From the NCBI GenBank assembly GCA_000165425.1, contig CT868385.1, positions 62,001 through 126,000 on the forward strand: a stretch of 64,000 bases of DNA, written 5' to 3'. The notes below the pieces were generated by a model. The model saw nothing but the letters and a program-made list of their open reading frames with translations. It was not told the DNA's origin and did not search any database. Both the position numbers and the translations under genes were made by a program. Source of the stretch: Paramecium tetraurelia. Taxonomy: Eukaryota. Shown here in pieces: positions 51,477 to 64,000 of the stretch (the first letter of the stretch is position 1; every line of letters begins with the position of its first letter).

Positions 51477-54400
51477 TCATACTTTAAAATGCTAATCATG
51501 TGTAATAAAGCCTATTACATATGCATTTTCCATCAATTTGTCAAATGGAAACACTGTTAATAGTTGTTTGCTTTCGTAATATTAATATTTAACTTTCTCT
51601 ATCATAATTTTAATGGTAATTAATGAAATGGTCATAATTATACATGCTAAAATAAAGACAGCTGTGTTAATTATAAATGTTGAGTTAATCAATGATTTAA
51701 TTTATTTTGTGAGTATTTCAATTATCACTTAAAATCCATATTAGGCATACAATCTTTAAACTTAAAATAAAGGATTATCATAATTGTATTTCAAAGATGA
51801 ATTTAAACCTTTTGTAGAAATAGTTTACAGAAAATCAAATTAATTCTAATATAAACCTTAAACCATTGTACTTAATCCTTGATCAAGATTCGAAATAAAT
51901 TAACATTACCCAAGACTGAAAAGAGTTTAATAATCTTCATAGTCATAAGACCTATGTTTAATGTATATTTTACAATTAACTTTAAAACAAATTGCATAAA
52001 TTTTCAATTAAGATTCTATAAACTTAATAGTTTTGATCTTCTTGGTATAAAGGGAGGTTAGTACTCAGTGCTCCCAATTATTAGACAGCAAATTTATAGG
52101 TATCAACCATCTCAGATGTCATGGTATGATTTAAGAGAATCGCTTATTATGCAAAGGTAGATGCTAAGGAATTTAATGTTAATGAAAATGTTGTTTTTTC
52201 TTGATATCTTGCTGATACGCTTTGTTATGTAACCTGTTATAAGATAAAACTTCCAATAAAATAGGAAGAACAAAGCATGGCGTACAGAACCACAAACAAA
52301 AAGAATAAGATTTAGGCTGAATTAATTTCTAAATTATTTATTAAAATACACTACATTTCATAGAGATTTCTTTCCCAACTGTTTTATGCTTTTCTAGCAT
52401 ATTTGAGGTTGCTGTTTTTTAATACTAATGCATCATTGTAGTTTCAAATTATTCTTCATCCGTTTCATAATTTCGAAATCTAGTGTTGTTTAATTAAGCA
52501 TAAAGCGAAGTGAATTAAACAAATTGTTCTGAAATTAATTCTTTTGGGAAAGTACAAAATAATTGATATACTTTCTATTTCATCTTATAGATTCGAACAA
52601 AAAAATAAAGGTATTGTGCAAGTAAAATTAATAAGATTATTTCTTCAATAATTACGCTAAGATTTAAAAATTATAATTACTAAATTGATAAACTGCGCAA
52701 ATTTTTTGTAGAATCTGTGTTATCAATTTCAGCAAACTAAATATTAAACGCATTAGTGTTGTTATAGAATTCTGATTAGTTAATTTAATAATTCATGCTA
52801 ATTACTTGAGCTAATTAGGACATAATATTCAGCATTCTGCTTTCCATAGTTAGGTTACCTATTAGATTAATGTGAGGTAATAAAACAATGGTCTTGTCAA
52901 TATTTTTAATATTTATCAAGAAATATTGAAAGGCTATTTCACTTAATTCTGTAAAATTAAATTAATCATAAGCTAAGAAAGATTAGTCAATGATGAATTC
53001 ATTATAATAATAGGAAAATTGGAATGGCAAATTTTCAAAGTTTTAGTTTTCATTAATTTTTTCGAAATTAAAATACAATATCAAGTAATTAACAAAAAAT
53101 CCTGACATTACTAAGACATACATAAAAAGTAGAAACATCTTGATTTTAATATTAGTGCCCTTTGAATCAGATAAACAATCCTTAATTTATCTTTTAAGAG
53201 CTGTGGTATTATTTTAAGATTATTGACTATCAACAGATCCACAATTATATTAGATATTTTATTCTTAGACTTTTTCTTTGGCATCTGAATCAGCTTCACT
53301 AAAATCACTTTTTTCTGAAGGATCCTTTTGAAATTCATTTATTCTTCTCTCAATTTAGTTGTTACTATTTTATAGCAGATATAGATCATTCAACTTAGTT
53401 TGAGCAGTTCTATTAATGGATGCTAATTAAGTTTTGAAATCTTCAATCATCTTAATATCTTCAATTAAATCTTCATATTCTAAATTGCATTCATTTAAAA
53501 GAGGACCTCTAGGAGGAGAATTTAAAGAAAATAAGTTGATATCTGTTTTTTGAGTTTGAATTTCCTTTTATGACTAAGTATTTATTACTATTGATGATCT
53601 ATATTTTAATTGAACAAATTGTCTACTGGTTATTTTTTGGTTCACTAATTATTTATATTCTGCGATTTCAACAATGATTAATCTAAGCATAAAATATCAC
53701 ATTTACCTAAGATTTATAGTAATTAGACTCATTAAATGAAGAGAAACCTAATAAACCATATTGTCATTAGGAGTATTTTCAAATTGTTTTGCAATATATG
53801 ATTGAATGTTTTATTTAGAAAATATATTAGATCTTGAACGTATAAGACTTCTCGATAACTATTTAGTCATCAAAGGTAGAATTAATTAACAATCTAATCT
53901 TTTATCCAATTTATCAAAATCTTCATCAAATAATGAATCCCAAATTTTAGATAATTCCGGAATAAAAAATAAGCAATCTAATCCTTTGATTTAATCTACT
54001 TCAAATCCTAAATGTTTCTCAAAAATATCTTCAAAAATATTTTAAGTCAATTCTTCTATCTATCCTTATTCATTCAACATCATGTAACCATATTACTGAT
54101 TTACTGGTGTAATTAAAGCAGTAGCTCCAAATTCAGTTGGACTAGCTTCTATTCTTAATCTAGTATTAATAGGTACGACAAATTAGGATTTATTCTTTCC
54201 CAAAATTACTCTTACAGCATTTTTAACTACATTTATTCTACCTCTCTCAACAAAATTATCCAAATATAAATCATGATCATTTGCTATTATTGAAGGCATA
54301 AATTTATTTATATTTTAATCCTAAATTTCTTCATCTTTATACCCAATAGCATTTGAAAATGATCTAGTATATCTTATGACATTTCCTCTTGGTTACATTA

Positions 54401-56427
54401 AGGTGATTTATATTACACAACTGCCAGGGTCATAGATTATCTTCTCTTCTGATTATAAAAATTGCATCATTATTTGACCTTCTCTTTTGTATAATTTTGG
54501 TCTCGAGTTATTATAATTAACATATTTGTGGAAAATGTTGAAAATGGTGTCACATTCATTATTCAATGGATTTGTTCTAAATAACAATTGTAATTGATAT
54601 TCAAGGATTTTGATATTTTCAATTAATTAAAGACCTACATCTAGAAGCTTATCAATATTAATAATCTACTAAAGAATGCATCCATAAAAGTCCTTTGATA
54701 TTTATATACTATACCTTTTCTTACTTAATCACAACGCATAAGTTATTTTTCACTGACTTTAGTGATTCTTCGTATTGATAAACTTTTTTGAAAACAAACT
54801 TTTGATTGACAAGATCATTTTTTTTCACTAATTCACTAAATTTTTATAAAGCATCCTGTTTTAATTTTTAAACGATTGCCCTTTGCTTTAGAGACTATTC
54901 CTTATTAAATTTAATAATATATGAATACTTTTTAAATTATTGAGAATCGAATAACTTCATAAATTGCTTGACTTGGCACTTTTTTGATTTATATTAAAAA
55001 GTAAATATAAGTTAAAATAAGCTTAGGATTTGCCTTCTCTTAAATCTCGTTTTCGATTTTTTGCCCAATCAATCCTTTAGCAAATTACTGCGTTGACTCA
55101 AAATTTTGAAAAGAATCCATTTTAGTATAAAAATCTTAACAAAAGCATTTATATTATAGTTTGATATTCATTTGCATCTGCTTTTCCCTTTATATTTTAC
55201 ATTCTCTGATATGACTTGATATAAATGCATATATTTCTAATGATGATTTAGGTTCTAAATATCCTTTTTACTTTTTTAAATCCATTTATTGTTTGAAGAT
55301 AATGTATAATCTTCTTAAGTATTTCTCCAGATCTCCGTTTTAGTAGTCAGTATATCTAATATCTTATCTGATTAAGAATTTATTTGTTAGTAATATCAAT
55401 GGAGGATAAAATAGCAATATAAATAACAAAATGCTAATCTTTAATTTTGGTTAACCAAATTGACATATAATCAATTATAGTTAATATATAACTGTTAATA
55501 CCACTATTCTAAGGCTATACCTTGATATCCTGTAATCTATATAAACTTATTAATTATAATCACAAATGATCTAAATTACTGATTTAATTATTCCTAAAAC
55601 TTGAACTAGTAAGCCTGATGCTTAAATACCAGACAAAAATATTACTCTATTTTTTTATAAATAACAAATAATTACAATAATTAGAATGCATAAAGAAAAT
55701 GGATGATTTAAGTTTAAAATTTGCCCAAAAAATCAAACTTTTTCATTCTGTGATCAAACTAATGTAAATTTATGAATGATCCAATTAAAATTTATAAAAC
55801 AATCATCATAAACCCAGAAACAATTGCAAACAATTCAAAATTAGATTTATTTTCTGTATTCCCATAGGAAACAGATTGCTTGAATAATTCAGTAATGAAA
55901 TTAAATCCACAAAAGAGAAATGGGATCATTAAAATTCCATGATGAATCTAAAAAAAAATGGAAAAAGTCAAGTTTATGATGTGATTTTATTAAATTTTTT
56001 CTTCGAGATTCTAATTTAATTCTTCAAATTTACTTGTTCAATTGCTAAATTTTGCATGCCTTAATTGTTTCTTAAAAACACTTTCTATTTAAAAATTTAA
56101 TACAGCAGTAATAAAAGGATCAAGCCTTGCAATAACAGTCCTCCTAGAATAAAAGTAATTCTTATGCTGATTGAATTTCCAACTACGGTGTAAAATCTAA
56201 TATATCATCAAATAATTTAACCTAAAATAATCTATAAAATTTCTAATATGGCTTAAAAATTAATCATATTCGAAACCATCCAATTTCTAAGTATAAATTG
56301 ATAACATCTAGATATTCTCAATCACTAGTATCACAATAGCTATTTTAAAAGATTTTCTCCATGATTCTTTGACATTCAAAAATTCCTAAACATAATAACT
56401 TTTCATTTAAAACTTAAAGTTTTTCAT
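51477..56427 (-). CDS. Large multi-pass membrane protein with PAS domain (TmcB-like, ciliate-expanded)
   Basis: N- and C-terminal TM clusters. PAS-like segment GNVIRYTRSFSNAIGYKDEEIQDQNINKFMPSIIANDHDLYLDNFVERG...GKNKSQFVVPI. Ends SKQLLTVFPFDKLMENAYVIGFI...*. Confidence 0.85.
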
Positions 56428-57162
56428 TTTTAATTAAAAGTAATTTTAATTAATATATCATTATTATCCATGATTATTACATAAATAAGAATAATTAATT
56501 CAACTAATAATTGAAATAAAATAATCAATTATTTTTAATCGAGCTTTATTCATAATTTTAACTCTTTACTTCCTTAATTCTTTTTACTTTCAATTTTATT
56601 GCTATTTATATTTCCTTCTTTTAATATTTTTGTTCGGGTCAATAATAAATGATATATGTGTATGTAAAAATTTGGATCCACCATATTCATCATTAATAAC
56701 TACAACATCAAGAATCACAATATAATTAATTGATATCAATCAAAAGATTTGCACGAAAAGACAGTTCATACTTTTAATGATCAAGCTCAACTGATTATAA
56801 GTGTCAAATGAAGTCTCAAATCAGTCATTAATGGGAATAACTTGCAATCTCAAAAATCCCTATTATTATAAGAATTAGCTTCATCTTATTATTTTGGAGT
56901 CAAACTATAATTTATTTCAGCTTAATTTTTTAAATGAGTGATTTGAAATCAAAATTTCTAAATTTAATATTACAATTTTACCTAGTAGAAAATGTGCTCT
57001 CTTTGCTTTATATAATTCTTCTTAAAAAATAAAAAAATAATCTACTAAACAGATGGTATTTATACTATAACTAATTGTTAATTCAAAAGATCAGATTATT
57101 AGAATATAATCCTGAGTGATATTTTCTTTTTATAAAGATAAATAACTAAAATAAATATTAAC

Positions 57163-60100
57163 TCAAATATGTAATTTGCCTGTTCCTTCTGATACAGGTC
57201 TCACTTAAGTTGATTTAACATTTCTGAAGCTTTTCTTAAGGATTTTACTTCTCCTTAAAGTATGCTCAGACTCAGCTGCAGAGTCCCTTCTAGATTCCGA
57301 CATATTAAACTTTGGTATGATGATCTGTTGATACCTGTATTTTTCAAAGAATATTTCAGGATAAATCATATATTTTAACAACTACGACTAATAATCTTTG
57401 TTTTTATTATTCAGTAGATGCTACTGTTAATAAAAATACATTCTTTCTAATATTGAATCCAAGTTATTTTCAACTTAGTAATGCTTAAACTTTTTATAGG
57501 ATTCCATTACTAATTATTAATCTTTCTTTTAGTACTCATTCAATAGGTTTATCTACATTTTTATTTTTATTTCTAAGAGCATGGTATCAGAAATATCCTT
57601 TTCCGATAAGATTTATTTTTTGCCATCTTGTATCTATTTTAATCGAATTGCCACTTTAGATAATAGTCCTTTCATGAAGTTCTAAGCTTAAATGATCTCT
57701 AAAAACGAATTGACAATTTATTTGGTTTCTTTTTTAAGTTTTTACCTTTTTTTTATTCTATTCATATTTGTGATTACTTTAACGACTCTTTTCATCTTTT
57801 AAATGTTTGACTTAACTCTAAGAGGATTTAATTCAATAGTAACGGAAGGTCTCATCTTTTTGAATTTGCTATTTGGAGAATTTTCAAATTAATCCTCTTC
57901 TTAAATAATCATCAGATTATTGTTAAATATATTCTAATTCCTAGCCTTACTCATTAATGAAGCTTTCAAAGTCTTATCATCTAAATCCATTAACTCAATA
58001 GTTTTTGTTCTCTACTTGAATAGAGTTGCTTTCTTTTTAGTAATTGGAGGTTCTAAATTTAATTTTGGAGACGTATCATTAACCGAAAGAAAGGAAGTAG
58101 AATTGGATATCTATTGGAATTATGGTTAGTTTAAAATTTGTAGATTAGAACTACTTTAATCTAAACTAACTTAATTTACTTAAACATCACTTTTTTTTAA
58201 TATTTCATCCTCAGGTTCCTCATAAAATTCTGCCCATTTCCAATTGTTATTATTAAATGAAGATGCTTCTTATTCTATCACTTCTTAATCAAATCTAGCA
58301 GCAAAGTACCCTCTTTGTCTAAATGGATTTCTCAAAAAATGTTGATTTCTTGTTTAATTTTAACTATATTAATGTCTTTTGATTATCAATTCTCTATCTG
58401 GAATGTAATGTAATAAAGGACATTAAAGGACTCTATGATAACTTGAATTGCAACTGAAACATTTCATATGTAGTGCACTCACATCATCAAATTAAATACT
58501 GTCGTATAGATTTCTAAATCTTTCATAATCTTCTGGGAAATCTTAGATTACTTTTAAAAAGTCATCTCGGGATAACATCAATAGTTTTGAAAATCCTATA
58601 CTTCTAAATCTTTCCTATGATTATTTCCCACTGATAAAACTGACAATACCCAGACTTGAACCTTAACCTACTTTACTAACCTCAGCAATTTATGGATTTT
58701 CTAAGATTTAGTCAATTTAATCATTCTAAATAAAGATTTAAATGTCTCCAAATTCAACAAAACAGACATATAATTAGCCAGCAGGTGCTGAAGGGAATAT
58801 AGAATCAAAATTGATAATGTTCTCTGGTTAAATCACTGCAGGCTTAATTTTATGAACTAATTTAGATTTTAAGGCATCACTGAAATTATTTTTAAATAAA
58901 GGACATTCATTTAAAATCATTGAATTTGATTAGTTCATTAGTTTCTCTCTTAGATTTTCTGATAATTAATTAATTATCTCATTTAATTCATCATTTTCTA
59001 CCTGATTTTATGATTCCCAATAATAATTCAGATATTCTCTAATTTAATATTGTAATTCATATTCAATTTTTCTATTCTACATATAAGAATTTATCTTCCT
59101 CATTTTGCGCATCTTTTCCTATCCATAGGCTGATATTGTATCAATGATTGCTCCAACAGTACTGACACTGTAACTTAATTGAATACTACAAATCATCATG
59201 TAGAGAATAGCAACAATCCTTTCTAAATAACTAATAGGTACGACATCTCCATAACCAATAGTAAACATAGTTACCGTAGAGAAATAGAAGGAATATAGAT
59301 ATTAGACTTGCCAAGTCTCATTCTCGATATGATAAAATTCTAGCCAGCTTCCTTTCTCTTGGTACAACTAACTATAATAACCAACCTAAATAAATTGTTA
59401 ATATTAATAATTACAAAGTACCAAAGACATGAATAGCAATGTAGAACAAAGAATAAAACCAATAGTAATTTAAACAACTCTAATAATGAACTACTAGGCT
59501 TTGATAAATTTAAAGTCTCCTCAACTTGACTAATTAATTTAGGAATATTCCTGCATTGTACATAAAATAACAACATTAATAGATCCCACCAATCGTCCAT
59601 CAGATTGAATCCTTAATTGGATGAATTAAAAATTATGGCGTATATGACCAAAATCAGTATAGAAATGGCTTCTAAGCCGTAACTCTTGCTGATTACATTT
59701 TTGGCTATAGTGACTCTGTTGCTAACAATTTATCCAAATTGGTAAAAGGAATTATTAAAACTTAGAATGAAATCTATAAGTAGTAGCATTATCATAAAAA
59801 TAGTAGGTGCATATAACTGGCCATATATGATTTACTATTGATTCCAAGCTAGATCCAATGGGATTGTAAATAGGAAATATAGTCTACTTATCATGACCAC
59901 ACAATCCCAAACTATCTTTAATCGAGATTCTGGAGAGATCAAGGGTATTTTTTCTAATTCTGATTCTATCTTTTTGTATAAATTATTGGTGCAAGTTTTT
60001 AAATTGGAATAATGCCTTGATAATTTTTTTGTGAATTCCCTAAAAATAAGAGAGTTAATATCATTACTTCTTTTTGAGACTCTAATTGAAATTGTCATTG

Positions 60101-60600
60101 GAGTTGCTGAATTGACTGATCATGGGTTTAAGGTTAAGGGCACTATCTCGAAATAGTTTTTGGTTGAAGGACGAGCCCAAATCCTTGAGTATGTTGTATT
60201 GATAGAAGTTAAATTAGGCGTTTATTTTCTTTTTCCAACTTATTCGATTAATGAACCTCTTGATGAAGCAGAATTAAATGACACTGTATATTTGCTATTA
60301 TTGATGCAAATGTTGAGGAGGCTCAGAAAGTCGAATGCTCTATTTATTCACTAGGAAATGGGCAGAGGGACTATTGGGTGTTGAATCAAACTAAACTCTT
60401 TTGCCTTCGTGTGCTTTTTGGGTAGAACTGTGATTCTTCTAATTGTTATTGCCATTGATTTTTGAACCTTGGATCGAGAAGTTGCCTTCTGATAGAGAAT
60501 AATTGAGAAAATCCTAAATTTCACCTATAGGTTCATCAGTCAACATTAGCTAATTCAATTTTGAACTTGGCTCTTCAGTGTCTTACTAATTTTAATTCAT
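57163..60600 (-). CDS. K+ channel with C-linker and cyclic-nucleotide-binding domain (KCNH/CNG-like)
   Basis: S1 ISPESRLKIVWD; pore YLYSFYFSTVTMFTIGYGDVVP; C-linker LQYQIREYLNYYWE; CNBD LGIVSFISGKQSQERFRSIGFSKLLML; long low-complexity tail. Confidence 0.93.
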
Positions 60601-60750
60601 ATTTAAATAATTGTCTGTAAATCAAATATTATAATATATTTAATTTAAAACATCCCTTCATTAACTAATGTTTAGGTTACAGATTCGTCTTCAACTTTGA
60701 ATCTTATTTTCTATATAATAATATTCATTTAATAATCTTGATTATTAAAA

Positions 60751-61590
60751 ATGTTTGTGAAATAATCTTATCATACTACACGATTTACCACCTAATTTGA
60801 TGAATAAAGCATAGTGGAGATGAGAGAATCCTCGAAATTGAAGCATTATCGAATGATGACATCGACGAGTTTAAACCAATCCAGACGTACCTTCATTCAT
60901 ACGAAGTCGATTCCGAAATCTCTAATTGATGAGGGTACATTAAAATGTTGAATTCTCCTTTTAGGGTTCAGGTCCAAGAGTATCCTGTATCATATGTCAC
61001 TCCTCTCCAACGAAGTCAAAATGAAGATCAGACCAAGTAGGAGAGAGAGAGAAAGGACAATCTTATTCACAGATAACATGGAATTATATCATCACAAATC
61101 AGTCAAGAGAATCAAAGAAATGAGTAGACGCAAGAGTTGCTCATGCGATGGATGCGGACCAAAGACCAAGTTTGAAAGAAAACATGATGATTTTGAAGCA
61201 AGAACACAATAAGCGATTAGTTCTGATTTGAAGTTACTGTAATTTACTAGAGCAGGCCAGAAGAAAAAGCAAACTATTATCAAAGAAATCAAAATGAAAT
61301 AGATTCACGAAAAGAAATCCAAGATCTCCTAAGAAATTGCAAACCATTCACAGATCTAACTTAATTTGCCTTCAACAAAAAGAGATAGTTTGTAAATTGA
61401 AAAACAAGAAACCGAAAGAAACAGACTTAAAACCAAAGTCGACCTCCTTAAAATGCTACCTTCGATTAAAAGCATTGTCTCTCTCACTGTACTAAAATAA
61501 CTCTACATAGGAGGCAGATAGCAACAATAAATGATATTTAGAAAACCATCTCATGATGCATTGATCATAAAAACATATAGAATAAAGTGA
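60751..61590 (+). CDS. Hypothetical basic protein with RKSCxCxxCG motif
   Basis: Code-6 ORF MFVKQSYHTTRF...SRRKSCSCDGCGPKTKF...TYRIK* with a possible 30-nt intron near 60935-60964. Confidence 0.7.
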
Positions 61591-62239
61591 TGAAAGTTTT
61601 ATGTATTACTTAATTTTAATTGTAAGATCATACTTAATCATTTCTAAGTAATATATAAGCAGTAATTCTACTATTTTTTGATTAATATTTTGTTTATTAT
61701 TCTTGCAATCTGTTTTCTTTTTATTTTAAGTAAACATCACTTTAATCTGTCTTTATTAGCTTATTTATAATTGATTTATTTTATATTTAATAATTAATCA
61801 TTTACATCACTTGCTAATATCATTATTAAGAGCATTTCATGATATGATTTATATTTTAATCATACAAATATTAAAATAAACGATCAAAAGCAATATATTC
61901 ACTATTTTAGGTCAATCTTATTTAATTTTTGTCAGATATAATTCAATTATATCTGAAAAAAATTAACATCATCAAATATTTCTTTAATTTTTTAATAAGA
62001 TACTTTTCATCATTATCATAACATACATTGCTCGAATTAGGATTATACGTTGTAGAGTAATTGCCTACAAAGAATTGCGATGAAATTTTATCGAGGAAAT
62101 GTAAGCTTGACATAATGGATAAATAAATTCGTTTTATGTGTTATATTAATTATTATATTTCAAGATAATTTTTTTGAGAAACTGTAAATTCCTTTATAAG
62201 ATATACTTTTTATTTATAAAAAGAATGCTATCTAATAAG

Positions 62240-62937
62240 TCATATGTTCGATTTAATCCATCTCAAGCGCGCCTATACAGTAATTCCAGATTCAATAGCG
62301 TATGCCTTACAAATTTATTTAATGCGTGAATTATAGTTATTGATACTACCACCTTTAAAAAATAAATCACAAGATGCTCTTTATCTAATTATAATTTAAT
62401 AGAATACTTTGATACTCTTAAATATGCAAGCACAGTATCAGCAAAAGCATCAAGTATGTCATCTCCCCTATAAGTACACTATAATTAGCATTTGCTATCT
62501 CCATTAGTTATTTCAAAATTGATGACCACTAACTCCCAAGGTTTCATTGCCACTTCAAATCCATTATATTCCCTTATATAATATTATTGAGATTTTTAGC
62601 TACTATCTTATTGATTGTAGGAAAACTATTGAATTTATTTTTAATTAGGTGAAGTATTGGGTGATGTATTGGGTAATGTATTGGGTGAAGTATTGATGGT
62701 AAGCTTATCATTATTGGCATTTCCAAAGCAACTATGATGGATTAAGAACATGCGCTTTAGTTCAGAATAGCATGTCCAATCTTTTGTATCAGAATTAATT
62801 CTAAGAAATAAATAAGCTCTATACTATTCCTATTCCTAAATATATTCCAACAAATCACAAACTTCTGTGTATGGGTCCACATCCAAATATATTGTCCTTT
62901 GTACTGGCAATATTTCGATTGTGAGAGTGATTGACAT
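62240..62937 (-). CDS. Protein with probable ubiquitin-like domains
   Basis: N-terminal MSITLTIEILPVQRTIYLDVDPYTEVCDLLEYIQ and C-terminal CDLFFKGGSIN...AIESGITVQARLRWIKSNI* show beta-grasp-like patterns. Two short introns. Confidence 0.6.
62648..62695. repeat. 12-nt tandem repeat x4 (GGTGAAGTATTG variants) encoding NTSP/NTLP repeats
   Basis: ggtgaagtattg ggtgatgtattg ggtaatgtattg ggtgaagtattg, read directly. Confidence 0.9.
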
Positions 62938-64000
62938 AAAATGATTATATATATTTATTAATATCTTCATTTTAATATAAAATGATGAAATCAAGTTTAT
63001 CTTAAGATACTTTTTACACTCTATTTAAACTGCATTCTTATAGTATTTGAACTCTTTTTGGTTTTTATATTACAAATACTTAATAAAAACAAATATAAAT
63101 CTGACCTCTAATATAAACAAGTAAAAGGAATTGTAAGAGAGCAAAATCTTATAAATTATTTTTTAATTTCCAAATTTTTTAATCTAAATCAAACAACTAA
63201 TTAACATATTCATCAATTATCAAGAACAGCACTAAAGATTAGCAGTCTTAAGATCATGAGCCTTTTTTAATGATTTTAGTATTCATTTACTCAGGAGGGT
63301 TAATATTATGTAAAAGTTGAAATTTGATTCGCATAATTACGCAATATAATCGCAAATAATGATTCTCAAGACAAAAACCATTTAAATTCCTAACAGCATT
63401 TTTTCAAGTGAATTGATATTTTACAACAATATCCCTAATTAAAAAGAAAAATCCTCTAATTTATAATTCCAGATTCTTGAAAACTGTTAGGTGTATTTTT
63501 GCACTTTATTTAGCCGATCAAGTTAGTCCTAAGTACATCGTAATAGCCATAACTTTCAAGGATGAGGATTCAAATTTAAAATCGATACATTACCAGTTCA
63601 CATACTCAAATTAATATTTGGGTATTAATAAAATAGATTGATATATTTTTGCCTATTTTTCTTTTTAATTTTAATATTATTCTCTTAAAATAAGAAATAT
63701 TTGCAGGGTTGAAAGAAGAATAAGGAGACAACAATTACGAAAATGAATAATTTATGAATTTGATCAAGTATGTTTGAATTGAAGATATTCATCAACTAAA
63801 TTATGGATTTGACAAATTAGCAAACAAGAACACCAATTGCAAAAAAGTTCTTAGAATTTCATCAAATGATATAGGTTAAAAATGTTGGTTAAATTAAATT
63901 ATCTTGGAAGGAATTTAAGATTAATTTGATAATCAACAGATTTAGATTATCATAGTAGAATGAATAAGTTAAAAGATTTTTGTTTCCAGACTTTTGATAG

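Noticed and set aside
1..64000. Retained IES, Tc1/mariner transposons, telomeric repeats, CRISPR arrays, rRNA
   Set aside because: By eye I saw no TA-bounded insertions interrupting conserved genes, no transposase or RT motifs, no G4T2/G3T3 arrays and no regularly spaced repeats.
62940..64000. Possible plus-strand gene at the right edge
   Set aside because: Only short open fragments in changing frames with TGA stops; no product can be assigned.

Overview
AT-rich, gene-dense ciliate DNA, most likely Paramecium macronuclear sequence (aurelia group, e.g. P. tetraurelia; the species is an inference). Conserved genes (RPL19, RPS14, RPL35, RPS7, HSP90) read correctly only if TAA/TAG = Gln and TGA is the sole stop (genetic code 6). 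They are split by 21-32 nt GT..AG introns, so the supplied ORF track is fragmented or antisense. About 30 apparently functional genes were read by hand: ANKRD13-like, hinderin-like, four ribosomal proteins, a CAP protein, a lectin/crystallin-like secreted protein, a cNMP-binding protein, ERGIC, a compact ATR kinase, a PTB-like RRM protein, an MFS transporter, cytochrome b5-like, a two-TM channel-like protein, a DEAD-box helicase, 3R-Myb, acyl-CoA synthetase, HSP90 with an upstream heat-shock element, a PAS membrane protein, a CNBD K+ channel, a ubiquitin-like protein and several hypotheticals. There is also a contiguous block of decaying genes (kinase, RAP protein, Vps18) and clusters of single-base insertions in HSP90 and ERGIC that look like sequencing errors. 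I found no tRNA/rRNA genes, transposons, CRISPR arrays, telomeric arrays or retained IES. I cannot claim a clear new multi-gene system. The best leads are the uncharacterised two-TM protein resembling ERGIC and DEG/ENaC, the H-lectin plus beta-gamma-crystallin secreted protein, and a chain of abutting/overlapping same-strand genes. Family calls come from recalled motifs, not database searches, and exon boundaries are manual.
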